Below are positions 1 to 8,883 of a stretch of 64,000 nucleotides of DNA, one piece after another. This DNA comes from Gammaproteobacteria bacterium (GTDB taxonomy: Bacteria > Pseudomonadota > Gammaproteobacteria > Steroidobacterales > Woeseiaceae), in NCBI GenBank assembly GCA_030429005.1, contig JAUIDP010000005.1:9525-73524 (forward strand), given 5' to 3'. How positions within the stretch are numbered: position 1 is the stretch's first letter; every line of letters starts with the position of its first letter. The position numbers and the translations under genes are program-made. Under the pieces are notes generated by a model, which did not search any database, had not been told where the DNA came from, and saw only the letters and a list, made by a program, of their open reading frames with translations.

Positions 1-339
1 CGACAGCCGGAACACGCAAAACGCCAGCAAGATTGCGTTAAACAGGTGGATGACGATATTGACGCGTATGAAATCGCCGGCGCCCTGCGACCAGCTATCG
101 GCCTGCGCGGCGAAGGTCAGCAATGCGATTGGCCTGCCCAGCGGACCCGCATCGCCGGCCAGGACGAAACTCAACCCGCTGTCCAGGTCGCTGACCTGTT
201 GCAGGTCTTCGAGATTGGAGCGGTCATCCAGTTGAAAATTGCCCGTCAGTGCCGGCTGGTAGCAAACCCAGGCCAGCAGCAGCGCGAGCACGAATACGGC
301 CAGCGGAACCTTCGGGTTGTCGAGCAATCCGTCGCTCAC
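1..339 (-). CDS. Partial CDS (5' part only, runs off the window): polytopic membrane protein resembling the N-terminal membrane module of PMT/TPR-type glycosyltransferase-like proteins
   Basis: Absent from the ORF track because it is open to the window edge. Manual minus-strand translation from GTG (339-337) gives 113 stop-free codons: [42 protein letters not shown]...[16 protein letters not shown]...[21 protein letters not shown]. It shows hydrophobic helices plus F-x-x-DD and GRP-x-x-LLTF motifs. The GTG overlaps the oadB TGA stop (GTGA). Confidence 0.4.
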   Translation of the reverse strand, partial: MSDGLLDNPKVPLAVFVLALLLAWVCYQPALTGNFQLDDRSNLEDLQQVSDLDSGLSFVLAGDAGPLGRPIALLTFAAQADSWSQGAGDFIRVNIVIHLFNAILLAFCVFRLS

Positions 340-1466
340 GATGTCAGCATGATCATGATGCCGGCGGCAATCGCCGAGCCAATCACGCCCGCCACGTTCG
401 GGCCCATCGCGTGCATCAGCAGGATGTTTTGCGGATTCGCTTCCAGGCCGACCTTGTTGGCCACGCGCGCAGCCATCGGCACCGCAGACACTCCGGCCGC
501 GCCGATCAGCGGGTTGATCGGCTGCCGCGAAACCCGGTTCAGCAGCTTGCCCATCAGCAGGCCGCTGGCCGTGCCGATAGCGAACGCCACCATGCCGAGC
601 AGCAGGATGCCCAGTGTGCTCATTGCCAGGAACTGCTCGGCACTCAGTTTGGAGCCGACAGCCAGCCCCAGGAAAATTGTCACGATATTGATCAGCGCGT
701 TCTGTGTCGTGTCCGACAGCCGATCGACTACACCGCATTCGCGCATCAGGTTTCCGAAGCACAGCATGCCCAGAAGCGGTGCGGCCGACGGCAGCAACAG
801 GGCAACCAGCAGCAACAGCAACAGCGGAAAGATTATACGTTCTGTTTTCGACACCTCGCGCAACTGCACCATCTCGATCTTGCGTTCCGCCTCGGTCGTC
901 AGCGCTTTCATGATGGGCGGCTGGATCAACGGCACCAGCGCCATGTACGAATACGCCGCCACCGCGATGGCGCCCAGCAGGTGCGGTGCCAGCGTGCCCG
1001 CGACGTATATCGCGGTCGGACCGTCTGCACCGCCGATGATGCCGATTGCCGCTGCTTCGCGTACCGAGAAGTCCATGATGCCGAGCGACGACAGTCCGAG
1101 CGCGCCGAGCAGCGTTGCAAAGATGCCGAACTGCGCGGCCGCGCCGAGAAACAGCGTGCGCGGATTCGCCAGCAGCGGCCCGAAGTCGGTCAGGGCACCA
1201 ACGCCCATGAAGATGATCAGCGGGAAAGCGCCGGTTTCGATGCCGACGAGATAGGTCAGGTGCAGCAGTCCGTCGCCGGTCGCGATGCCGGCACCGGGAA
1301 TGTTGGACAACAAGCCGCCGAAGCCTATGGTGACCAGCAGCAAGGGCTCGAACTTCTTCGCGATGCCGAGATACAGCAACAACAGGCAGACGCAGATCAT
1401 GACCGCCTGCCCGCCCGTCATTTGGTAGAGCCCCGAGCCGTGCCAGATTTCGTTGACGAGTTCCAC
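336..1466 (-). CDS. oadB: Oxaloacetate decarboxylase (Na+-pumping) beta subunit
   Basis: 376-aa polytopic membrane protein. It has the typical OadB/GcdB-family N-terminus ([12 protein letters not shown]...[14 protein letters not shown]) and the GADGPTAI and PPIMKALTT motifs. It lies directly downstream of the alpha subunit with a 3-nt gap. Confidence 0.9.
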   Translation of the reverse strand: MELVNEIWHGSGLYQMTGGQAVMICVCLLLLYLGIAKKFEPLLLVTIGFGGLLSNIPGAGIATGDGLLHLTYLVGIETGAFPLIIFMGVGALTDFGPLLANPRTLFLGAAAQFGIFATLLGALGLSSLGIMDFSVREAAAIGIIGGADGPTAIYVAGTLAPHLLGAIAVAAYSYMALVPLIQPPIMKALTTEAERKIEMVQLREVSKTERIIFPLLLLLLVALLLPSAAPLLGMLCFGNLMRECGVVDRLSDTTQNALINIVTIFLGLAVGSKLSAEQFLAMSTLGILLLGMVAFAIGTASGLLMGKLLNRVSRQPINPLIGAAGVSAVPMAARVANKVGLEANPQNILLMHAMGPNVAGVIGSAIAAGIMIMLTS

Positions 1467-1469
1467 GTG

Positions 1470-3254
1470 CTAGCTGATGGCCACCAGCGGGTCGCCAACC
1501 GCCACGACATCGCCTTCGCTGACATACACATCGGTGACGATGCCCGATCGCGGTGCACTCACGGCTGTTTCCATTTTCATCGCTTCGACCACCAACAACG
1601 GCTGGCCTTCGGCGACCTCCTCACCCGGCGTCACGTTGACCTTGAATATGTTGCCGGCCAGTACCGCTTTCAGCGCCTGCCCGGACGCTGCACGTGCCGC
1701 CGGTGCCGCAGCCTTTGGCGCGGCGGCCGGCTGTACATTCGCAAGTTGCCCGCTAGCGGCGACTTCGACCGAGAAACTTTTGCCGTTGACACGGACATCG
1801 TAGACCGCAGGACCCGGCGGCTCTGTCGCTGGCGCCGGGGCAGCAGATTTCCCGCCATCGGGATCCGGCACGGGCTCGAACGCACCCGGGTTGTCACGAT
1901 TTTCCAGGAACCGGGTGCCGATCTGCGGAAACAGCGCAAAGGTCAGCACGTCATCAATCTCATCTTCGGCAACGCGCAGGTGCTTCGCGCTGGCCAGTTC
2001 CCTGAACTCCGCGAGCTGCCGGTCGACTTCCGGCTCCAGCAGGTCCGCAGGCCGACAGGTCACCGGGTCCGCTCCGTCCAGCACCTGCGCCTGTAATTCT
2101 GCATTAACCGGTGCCGGCGTCGCGCCGTACTCGCCTTTCAATATGCCGGCGGTCTCTTTCGAAATGGTGCCGTAGCGTTTGCCCGAGAGCACGTTGATGA
2201 CGGCCTGCGTGCCAACGATCTGCGACGTGGGCGTGACCAGCGGCAACATGCCGAGATCCTCGCGCACGCGTGGAATTTCCTCCAGTACAGCGTCGAGCTT
2301 GTCACCGGCATTCTGCTCCTTGAGCTGGCCTTCCAGGTTGGTCAGCATGCCGCCTGGTACCTGCGCAACGAGAATACGGGAATCGATGCCACGCAGACCG
2401 CCCTCGAACTGCGCGTATTTCTTGCGCACTTCGCGAAAGTACGCGGCGATTTCCTCGAGCTTGACGAGGTCCAGCCCGGTATCGCGGCCGGTGTTCTGCA
2501 GGATAGCAACCAGCGACTCGGTCGGCGAGTGTCCATAGGTCATGCTCATCGACGAAATGGACGTGTCGATGTTGTCGATGCCCGCCTCGGCCGCCTTGAC
2601 GCAGGTCGCGGTGGACAGGCCGGTCGTGGCGTGGCATTGCATATGCACCGGTATGTCGAGCGCCGCCTTGAGCTTGCTGACCAGCTCGAATGCGACGTAC
2701 GGACGCAACAGGCCGGCCATATCCTTGATGCAAATCGAGTGCGCGCCCATGTCTTCGACCTGCCGGCCGAGGTCAACCCACAGGTCCACCGTGTGCACCG
2801 GGCTGACGGTATAGGAGATCGTTCCCTGCGCATGCTTGCCGACGGCCAGCGTCGCCTTGACGGCTGTCTCCAGGTTGCGCGTGTCATTGAGCGCGTCGAA
2901 AATCCGGAAGACATCCACCCCGTTGACAGCAGCGCGTTCGACAAACTTTTCGACAAGATCGTCGGCGTAGTGCCGGTAGCCGAGAATATTCTGGCCGCGG
3001 AACAGCATCTGCTGCGGCGTGTTCGGCATGGCCTGCTTGAACAGCCGAATGCGTTCCCACGGGTCTTCGCCGAGATAGCGGATGCACGCATCGAATGTTG
3101 CGCCGCCCCAGGTTTCAAGTGACCAGTAACCGACCTGGTCGAGTTTCTCGGCGATCGGCAGCATGTCGTCGATACGCATGCGGGTCGCCAGCAGACTCTG
3201 GTGACCGTCGCGCAGAACGACGTCGGTGATTCCCAGCGGTTTGGCTTCGCTCAT
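1470..3254 (-). CDS. oadA: Oxaloacetate decarboxylase alpha subunit (carboxyltransferase TIM barrel plus C-terminal biotinyl domain)
   Basis: The N-terminus [13 protein letters not shown] matches the HMGL-like carboxyltransferase fold. An Ala/Pro-rich linker follows, then a C-terminal biotin attachment motif VVEAMKMET. Gene order gamma-alpha-beta. Confidence 0.92.
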   Translation of the reverse strand: MSEAKPLGITDVVLRDGHQSLLATRMRIDDMLPIAEKLDQVGYWSLETWGGATFDACIRYLGEDPWERIRLFKQAMPNTPQQMLFRGQNILGYRHYADDLVEKFVERAAVNGVDVFRIFDALNDTRNLETAVKATLAVGKHAQGTISYTVSPVHTVDLWVDLGRQVEDMGAHSICIKDMAGLLRPYVAFELVSKLKAALDIPVHMQCHATTGLSTATCVKAAEAGIDNIDTSISSMSMTYGHSPTESLVAILQNTGRDTGLDLVKLEEIAAYFREVRKKYAQFEGGLRGIDSRILVAQVPGGMLTNLEGQLKEQNAGDKLDAVLEEIPRVREDLGMLPLVTPTSQIVGTQAVINVLSGKRYGTISKETAGILKGEYGATPAPVNAELQAQVLDGADPVTCRPADLLEPEVDRQLAEFRELASAKHLRVAEDEIDDVLTFALFPQIGTRFLENRDNPGAFEPVPDPDGGKSAAPAPATEPPGPAVYDVRVNGKSFSVEVAASGQLANVQPAAAPKAAAPAARAASGQALKAVLAGNIFKVNVTPGEEVAEGQPLLVVEAMKMETAVSAPRSGIVTDVYVSEGDVVAVGDPLVAIS

Positions 3255-3317
3255 TGATTGCTTCTGTATGACTGAATGTATTGGATTGGCGCTTGCGACG
3301 CGGTTGTTATGTGTCGG

Positions 3318-3527
3318 CTATTTCTTGCCGCGATGCCTGGCAATCGCCGCGCTGATTGCCGCGACCTCTTCGGCAGTGACCTCGGGCTCCGCATCGCCAC
3401 GCTGCATCCGGGTAATCGTGGCGGACATCAGCGTCATTACGATGACAAGGGCTGTCAGAAACGCAAATACCGTTCCCATGCCGGCCAGCATCAGTGTTAC
3501 GCCCTGACTGAACAAGTCCGCTTCCAT
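3318..3527 (-). CDS. oadG: Oxaloacetate decarboxylase gamma subunit
   Basis: 69-aa single-TM protein (GVTLMLAGMGTVFAFLTALVIVM) with a C-terminal AAISAAI..HR motif typical of OadG. Located immediately upstream of oadA. Confidence 0.75.
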   Translation of the reverse strand: MEADLFSQGVTLMLAGMGTVFAFLTALVIVMTLMSATITRMQRGDAEPEVTAEEVAAISAAIARHRGKK

Positions 3528-3603
3528 TCGCCGGGATTATACGCGAATGCGCGTCGGCTGGGCTATCCGGTACACTGTCTGCATCGCCGTGCCGGGGGGA
3601 ACC

Positions 3604-5268
3604 ATGCGAGCCAACAAACGACCGCGCCATCTCTATCTGACCTTGACCGTCGCTGTGCTGGCCGCCTGCAGCCAGCAGCCCGATGACCGGGACGCCAGTA
3701 CCGGCGCAATTCCTGTCATTAGCGGCGACGCAATATTTGCGCATGTCTCGTTGCTCGCCGACGACCTCTACGAAGGTCGCGAAGCGGGCACTCGCGGCTA
3801 CCAGCTCGCAGCACGCTACGTGGCGGCGCAATTCGAGGGCATGGGGCTGCAACCCGGAAACGGTGACAGCTTTCTGCAAACTGTGTCGTTTGCTACCGCG
3901 CAGATCGAAAAGGGTTCCCGGGAACTGACTATCGACAGCGACGAAGGCAGCCGCAAATACGCAACCTTCGAAGAGTACACGTCGTCACCGACTCTGGCCG
4001 GGGCCGACATATCCGTCACGGCCCCGCTGGTGTTTGTCGGCTATGGCGTGAATGCGCCGTCTATCGAGCGCAACGACTACGAAAACGTCGACCTTGACGG
4101 CAAAATTGCCGTTGTTGTTTCCGGTGCGCCGGCCGCACTCGGCAGCGAGGTCCGTGCTTTCTATCGCAGTACCCGCTACCACAAGTATCCTGAGCTGGAA
4201 AAACGCGGCGCCATCGGCGTCATTTCGCTGCAGCAACGCAAAATCTGGTCCGAAGGCGCGGCCGTGCGCGGCTCGAAAGACGAAAAGTACTGGTCGCTGG
4301 ACGCCCACGACCAGCCGCACTTCGCGTTCGACGGCTTGCAGGTCACCGTGACGATGCTGGAGAAAGGCGGACGTGAACTGTTTGCCGCCAGCCCGCTGTC
4401 ATTCGACCAGATGGCGGCCTCGATCGAAGCAGAAAACTACACGCCAATGGACCTCGGCATTTCCGCCACGATCACGCAGCGTGTACACGGCGGTCGGGTC
4501 ACCGGCGACAACGTGGTTGCAATTCTCGAGGGCAGCGACCCGGTGCTGAAAGACGAGTACGTCGTCCTGACGGCGCATCTCGATGGCAAAGGCCTCGGCG
4601 ACGAGGATGGCGACAATATTTATAACGGCTTTTACGACAACGCGTCCGGCGTCGGCACGATGCTCGAGGTAGCACGCGCGTTTGCCACGGCCGAAACGCG
4701 GCCGAAACGTTCGATTGTCTTTGTCGCAACGGTCGGCGAGGAGAAGGGCCTGCTGGGCGCACATCACTATGCCAACAACCCGACGGTACCGGTCGAAGCT
4801 ATAGTCGCCAACGTCAACATGGACATGGTGATGTTGCTGTGGGAAGCCCAGGATGTCGTTGCTTTCGGCGCAACGCATTCCAGCTTACAAGGCATTGTCG
4901 AGCGTGCGACAGCAAGGGTCGGCATCGAGTTAAGCCCAGATCCGTTCCCCGAACGCGGATATTTCACAAGAAGTGACCAATTTCCTTTTGTGCAGCAGGG
5001 AATTCCGGCAGTCTTTTTCGCAACCGGCTTTAAGACTACTGAGGACGGCGTGGACCCTGAGGCTCTATACAATCATTTCATGCAAACGCATTACCACGGC
5101 GCGACGGACGATGAGAACCTGCGTTTTCACCGGCCCTCCGCAGCCAGGGTTGCTGCCGCCAACTACATGATTACGGCGGAGATCGCTAACAACAACCAGC
5201 GGCCTGTCTGGGTAAAGGATGACTTTTTTGGCGACCTCTACGGCACGGAACTGACACGGACGGAATAA
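3604..5268 (+). CDS. M28-family zinc aminopeptidase with PA domain, predicted lipoprotein
   Basis: Start trimmed to the ATG at 3604, preceded by GGGGGGA. Signal peptide with lipobox (LAVLAAC-S). Metal-ligand motifs HLDGKG, YDNASGVG, EEKGLLGA and HYHGATD. Confidence 0.85.
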   Translation: MRANKRPRHLYLTLTVAVLAACSQQPDDRDASTGAIPVISGDAIFAHVSLLADDLYEGREAGTRGYQLAARYVAAQFEGMGLQPGNGDSFLQTVSFATAQIEKGSRELTIDSDEGSRKYATFEEYTSSPTLAGADISVTAPLVFVGYGVNAPSIERNDYENVDLDGKIAVVVSGAPAALGSEVRAFYRSTRYHKYPELEKRGAIGVISLQQRKIWSEGAAVRGSKDEKYWSLDAHDQPHFAFDGLQVTVTMLEKGGRELFAASPLSFDQMAASIEAENYTPMDLGISATITQRVHGGRVTGDNVVAILEGSDPVLKDEYVVLTAHLDGKGLGDEDGDNIYNGFYDNASGVGTMLEVARAFATAETRPKRSIVFVATVGEEKGLLGAHHYANNPTVPVEAIVANVNMDMVMLLWEAQDVVAFGATHSSLQGIVERATARVGIELSPDPFPERGYFTRSDQFPFVQQGIPAVFFATGFKTTEDGVDPEALYNHFMQTHYHGATDDENLRFHRPSAARVAAANYMITAEIANNNQRPVWVKDDFFGDLYGTELTRTE

Positions 5269-5300
5269 GGCAATTTCGCATAACGCTGTTCGGCAGCGCT

Positions 5301-6875
5301 TTGCTGTTGGCATCCATTGCCGCGGCAGAGGACGATGCGCCCGACAAAATACCGGACGGTGCCACCGTCAGGAACATCATCCTCGTCAAGCAGGATGTCT
5401 TCGATACCAGCGATGAACGCGAAGACAACGCGCTGTACCGGCTCGTCAACAAGCTGCATATCATCACCAAGGACCACACGATCGAGAAGCAGCTGCTGCT
5501 CGAACCGGGCGACGTCTACTCTGCCCGCCTGGCCGAAGAGTCTGCCCGCATCCTGCGCGACCGGAGCTATCTGTTTGATGCGCAGGTGGAAGCAGTCGAC
5601 AACAAGGACGGCACGGTCGACCTGAAGGTCAGCACACGTGACTTCTGGACACTGAAACCGGGCTTTACCGTGAGTCGCGCAGGCGGCGAGAACAAGATCG
5701 GCGTTGATCTCGAAGAGCTGAACCTTCTCGGCTATGGCACGTCGGTCCGCTTCGGCCGCGACGAAGACGTCGACAGAACCTCCGAGGCCTTCGAGATCAA
5801 TGATCCGCACATTGGCAACACCCGGGTGCGCGGCGGATTCGAGATTTCGGACAACTCGGACGGCGACCTGACCGAAGGCTCGCTGATCCGGCCGTTCTAC
5901 GCCCTGGATTCGCGCTGGTCGCTCGGCGCAACAGGCCATGACAGCGACAGCCGTACGGCGTTCTATGCCAGCGGCGAGGAACAGGCGGAGTACCGCCAGC
6001 AGCAGCAACTGTTCACGGCGTTCGGCGGCTGGTCGAAAGGACTGAAGAACGGCTGGGTACGCCGCTACCGTGCCGGCATGGTCTACGACGACAACATTTT
6101 CTCCGCCGTCGAAAATGGCGAGTATCCGCCGTTGATCCCGGAAGACCGACGCCTCGTTTACCCGTTTGTCAGCGTCGAGATTCTTGAAGACAAGTACGAA
6201 ACGACGACCAACAAGGAGCAGATCGGGCGGACCGAAGATTTTTTCATGGGGCAACGCTTCACGGCATCACTGGGTTATTCGTCGGAAGCCCTCGACGCTG
6301 ATCGCAACGCATGGCTGTACAACGGCAACTACAGCCGCGGTTTCGGCGAACTGTCGAAAAAGTCCTTTTTGATGTCTGCCTGGGTAGCCGGGCGTGTGGA
6401 GGACGGTGAGTCGAAGAACACGCTGCTGGGCCTGAACGGCCGCTATTACAACAAGCAGACTGAGAAACACACGCTCGTTGCAACGATCGAGGCAGTTCGT
6501 GGCCACTCGCTGGACCTCGATACCGTCGTCGACCTCGGCGGGGACACCGGCTTGCGCGGCTATCCGCTGCGCTACCAGACCGGCGACTCCAAGCTCCTGT
6601 TAACGATTGAACAGCGCTACTTTACGGACTGGTATCCATTTCGCCTGTTCCGGATAGGCGGTGCGATATTTGCGGACGTGGGCAGGGTCTGGGGTGACAA
6701 TGCCGTCGGCGAGTACCGTGAGGGCTGGTTGCGCGATATCGGCTTCGGCCTGCGGTTTGCCTCCACCCGGACCGGCTTTCGCAAGATGGTGCACCTCGAC
6801 ATCGCGTTTCCGCTCGACGGCGACAGCAGCATTGACGACGTGCAGATTATCCTGGAATCGAAGCGCAGCTTTTGA
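5301..6875 (+). CDS. Omp85/BamA-family outer-membrane beta-barrel with a single N-terminal POTRA-like domain
   Basis: POTRA-like segment VRNIILVKQDVF...GDVYSARLAEESARILRDRSYLFDAQVEAVDNKDGTVDLKVSTRD, followed by beta-strand-rich sequence ending ...ILESKRSF (C-terminal aromatic). The true start is probably upstream of the tracked TTG (see finding): in-frame ATA at 5265 or CTG at 5286. Confidence 0.8.
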   Translation: MLLASIAAAEDDAPDKIPDGATVRNIILVKQDVFDTSDEREDNALYRLVNKLHIITKDHTIEKQLLLEPGDVYSARLAEESARILRDRSYLFDAQVEAVDNKDGTVDLKVSTRDFWTLKPGFTVSRAGGENKIGVDLEELNLLGYGTSVRFGRDEDVDRTSEAFEINDPHIGNTRVRGGFEISDNSDGDLTEGSLIRPFYALDSRWSLGATGHDSDSRTAFYASGEEQAEYRQQQQLFTAFGGWSKGLKNGWVRRYRAGMVYDDNIFSAVENGEYPPLIPEDRRLVYPFVSVEILEDKYETTTNKEQIGRTEDFFMGQRFTASLGYSSEALDADRNAWLYNGNYSRGFGELSKKSFLMSAWVAGRVEDGESKNTLLGLNGRYYNKQTEKHTLVATIEAVRGHSLDLDTVVDLGGDTGLRGYPLRYQTGDSKLLLTIEQRYFTDWYPFRLFRIGGAIFADVGRVWGDNAVGEYREGWLRDIGFGLRFASTRTGFRKMVHLDIAFPLDGDSSIDDVQIILESKRSF

Positions 6876-6896
6876 CCGGCGACAACGCCAGCCAGT

Positions 6897-7391
6897 CTAC
6901 TTTTTGCAGAACTCGTCTTTCTTTTTTTTCGTGTCGGCGATTGTTTGCGCCATTTCCGCTTCACTCAATATCCTGCGCTCGCCATTTGCATCCGTCCGGT
7001 AGAGCTGCGGCGCATTCAGGTAGGACTCGTATACCTCGGTAGCCCGCTTGCAGTAGTAATCTTCCGCTCTCTCTCTCTCGGCCCGCTGCTCGGCCGTTTC
7101 ACCCGGATAGGCGTAGCCGCTGCCATTCCCTGACTGCTCGGTATCAGCGCCAGCCGCAACGTCATCCAGCGAGCCGGACGAGATCCACACAAGTTGGACC
7201 GACACCGCATCTTCATGTCCGGGTTGGTCCGCATAGAATCGTTTGCCGGTGTCGTCGACCCAGGTGTATATCGGTCGTGCAGAATCGACAAAATGCGTTT
7301 TGCCATTGGCATCGACCCATTTCCAGATGTCCGCGTCAGCCGTTGAAACCAGGCCGATTGCGAGGACACAAATTGTCAGCAGTTTGTTCAT
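6897..7391 (-). CDS. DUF4124-like secreted protein
   Basis: Start trimmed to MNKLL (ATG at 7391, GGAGA 6 nt upstream). Signal peptide followed by the IWKWVDANGKTHFVD motif characteristic of DUF4124. The C-terminal part is charged. Confidence 0.7.
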   Translation of the reverse strand: MNKLLTICVLAIGLVSTADADIWKWVDANGKTHFVDSARPIYTWVDDTGKRFYADQPGHEDAVSVQLVWISSGSLDDVAAGADTEQSGNGSGYAYPGETAEQRAERERAEDYYCKRATEVYESYLNAPQLYRTDANGERRILSEAEMAQTIADTKKKKDEFCKK

Positions 7392-7464
7392 GAGTTCTCC
7401 AGCAGCTGCCAATTATGGGTTCTCCTGCCCACAAGCCCGTTGAATGGCGTCACAAATTTGGCAA

Positions 7465-8700
7465 TTACTCGGCTGCGTCGAGGCGCGTCTCGAGCGCCTC
7501 GATTTGCTGCTGCTGCGCCTGGATGACGCGCGTCAGGACGGCAACAATATCCATTGTACTCAGACCCTTGCGATCACCTGTTGCGACGATTTCTGGGACA
7601 TCTTCGGCGATGAAACCGACGTACTGCTCGGCAGAGTCGGCCTTGTAGTTGAACTGCACGGGCTCAAGCGCGCGCAGCGTCGCCATCGCCTCTTCGGCCG
7701 ACAGCAAATGAATATTTTCCTTCTTTTCACGCGACGAACTGTTCGTCCAGACACCGCCGGCAGTGACGTGCGCCCCGCTCGCCATCTGTATCGGGTGCTC
7801 CGGACGTTCGACGCCGATGCCGACATTACCGTCGCGGTCGATCGTGATGCGATCGACCGAGCCCGCGCCGATCGTTAGCGTGCTCGCCCGGTTGTGCATG
7901 ATGTAGCCGGTCTCGCCGTCCGCCTGTGTGATCATCAGCCCGGCGAGGTTGCTGTTGCGGTCGTGAATCTGCACGCTGCCGTTGACGTCGAGTCGCTGCG
8001 CCGGTTCGTCAGTGCCAATACCCACCTGGTTGCCGTTGTCGAAAATCTGCGATGCATTCCCAGTGGTCTCGCTCTTGAACTTGACGAGGTAGTCCGGCTT
8101 GCCTTTCATTGCGCCGTCGCCGTCAACGCCCGGCGGCCCCATCGGCCCTGGTGGACCCGGCGGCCCGGCCGGTCCTGTCGGCCCGGTCACAGCGTCCGCA
8201 ATGGCCGCACCCTCCGGCTCGGATTCGGGCTCCTTTGCGACCAGCGGCTCGGGTTCGGCTGCCGGCTCAGACTCGGGCTCCGTTGCCGGTTCTTCCAGCA
8301 ACTCGTCACTGTCCGCCAGCAATGCTTCGGGTTCGGCTGCCGTTTCAATCGCTGCCTCGGCCCCGGTTGCAGTTTCATCTCCGACCGACGTCTCAGGCTC
8401 GGCTTCGGTATCGGCAGCAGCCTCGGCAACCGGCGCCGGGCTTTCTTCTGCGATCACTGTTGACCAGTCCGCGCTGATAAAGCCGGATTCACCCGAGTCC
8501 AGGCGCACCTCGTTCCAGCCTTCAGCCGAGGCGACAAAGGGCAAGGAGCTTCCCTGCTGCAGCCGACCGACAACGTCGGCGTCGCTTTGCGGCGCTTGTC
8601 GAATGTTTACGTGCGATTCCACAGAATCCACCGGCACAACCGTGTCAGCAATCGTTACAAGCGGAATCAGCAGGCCTGCCCAGGCGATCAGAATTCTCAT
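7465..8700 (-). CDS. Secreted tail-fibre-domain protein: SH3b-like domain, acidic linker, collagen-like G-X-Y repeat and C-terminal peptidase S74 intramolecular chaperone domain
   Basis: Start trimmed to MRILIAWAGLL (ATG at 8700). SH3b-like segment HVNIRQAPQSDADVVGRLQQGSSL...GWNEVRL. EPE-rich linker. GPTGPAGPPGPPGPMGPPG at about 8128-8190. Tail-fibre repeat motif VGIGTDEPAQRLDVNGSVQI. S74 signature SSSREKKENIHLL...LEPVQFNYK...YVGFIAEDVPEIV...LSTMDIVAVLTRVIQAQQQQIEALE. Confidence 0.85.
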   Translation of the reverse strand: MRILIAWAGLLIPLVTIADTVVPVDSVESHVNIRQAPQSDADVVGRLQQGSSLPFVASAEGWNEVRLDSGESGFISADWSTVIAEESPAPVAEAAADTEAEPETSVGDETATGAEAAIETAAEPEALLADSDELLEEPATEPESEPAAEPEPLVAKEPESEPEGAAIADAVTGPTGPAGPPGPPGPMGPPGVDGDGAMKGKPDYLVKFKSETTGNASQIFDNGNQVGIGTDEPAQRLDVNGSVQIHDRNSNLAGLMITQADGETGYIMHNRASTLTIGAGSVDRITIDRDGNVGIGVERPEHPIQMASGAHVTAGGVWTNSSSREKKENIHLLSAEEAMATLRALEPVQFNYKADSAEQYVGFIAEDVPEIVATGDRKGLSTMDIVAVLTRVIQAQQQQIEALETRLDAAE

Positions 8701-8883
8701 GACGTACTCCGGAATGGGGTTCCGAAGACCTTTGTGCCACATCGGCAGGGGCAAAAAGGTGACGCAGTTCCGCTCTTGCGGCAACCGGGATGTCATATGA
8801 CAAATGCGCTGCTTCACCGCAATGCGATGGAGAAAATTTTGCCGACGTAATACCCTTTCGGTTCCGCCCGCAAGAAGAACAAT

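Noticed and set aside
46-2096. Long plus-strand ORFs (46..1254, 402 aa; 249..2096, 615 aa) overlapping oadB/oadA
   Set aside because: They are antisense to genes with unmistakable OadB/OadA motifs. Their products are Arg/Ala/Gln/His-rich low-complexity sequence typical of spurious antisense frames in GC-rich DNA. The same reasoning removes 9043..10305, 22832..23929, 26043..27140, 53446..54684, 56845..58050, 58584..59840, 62380..63375 and similar ORFs.
8727-8745. Sigma54-type promoter (TGGCAC on the minus strand) upstream of the fibre gene
   Set aside because: The -24 element is present, but the -12 position reads TCTT instead of TTGC, so it is not a convincing RpoN promoter.
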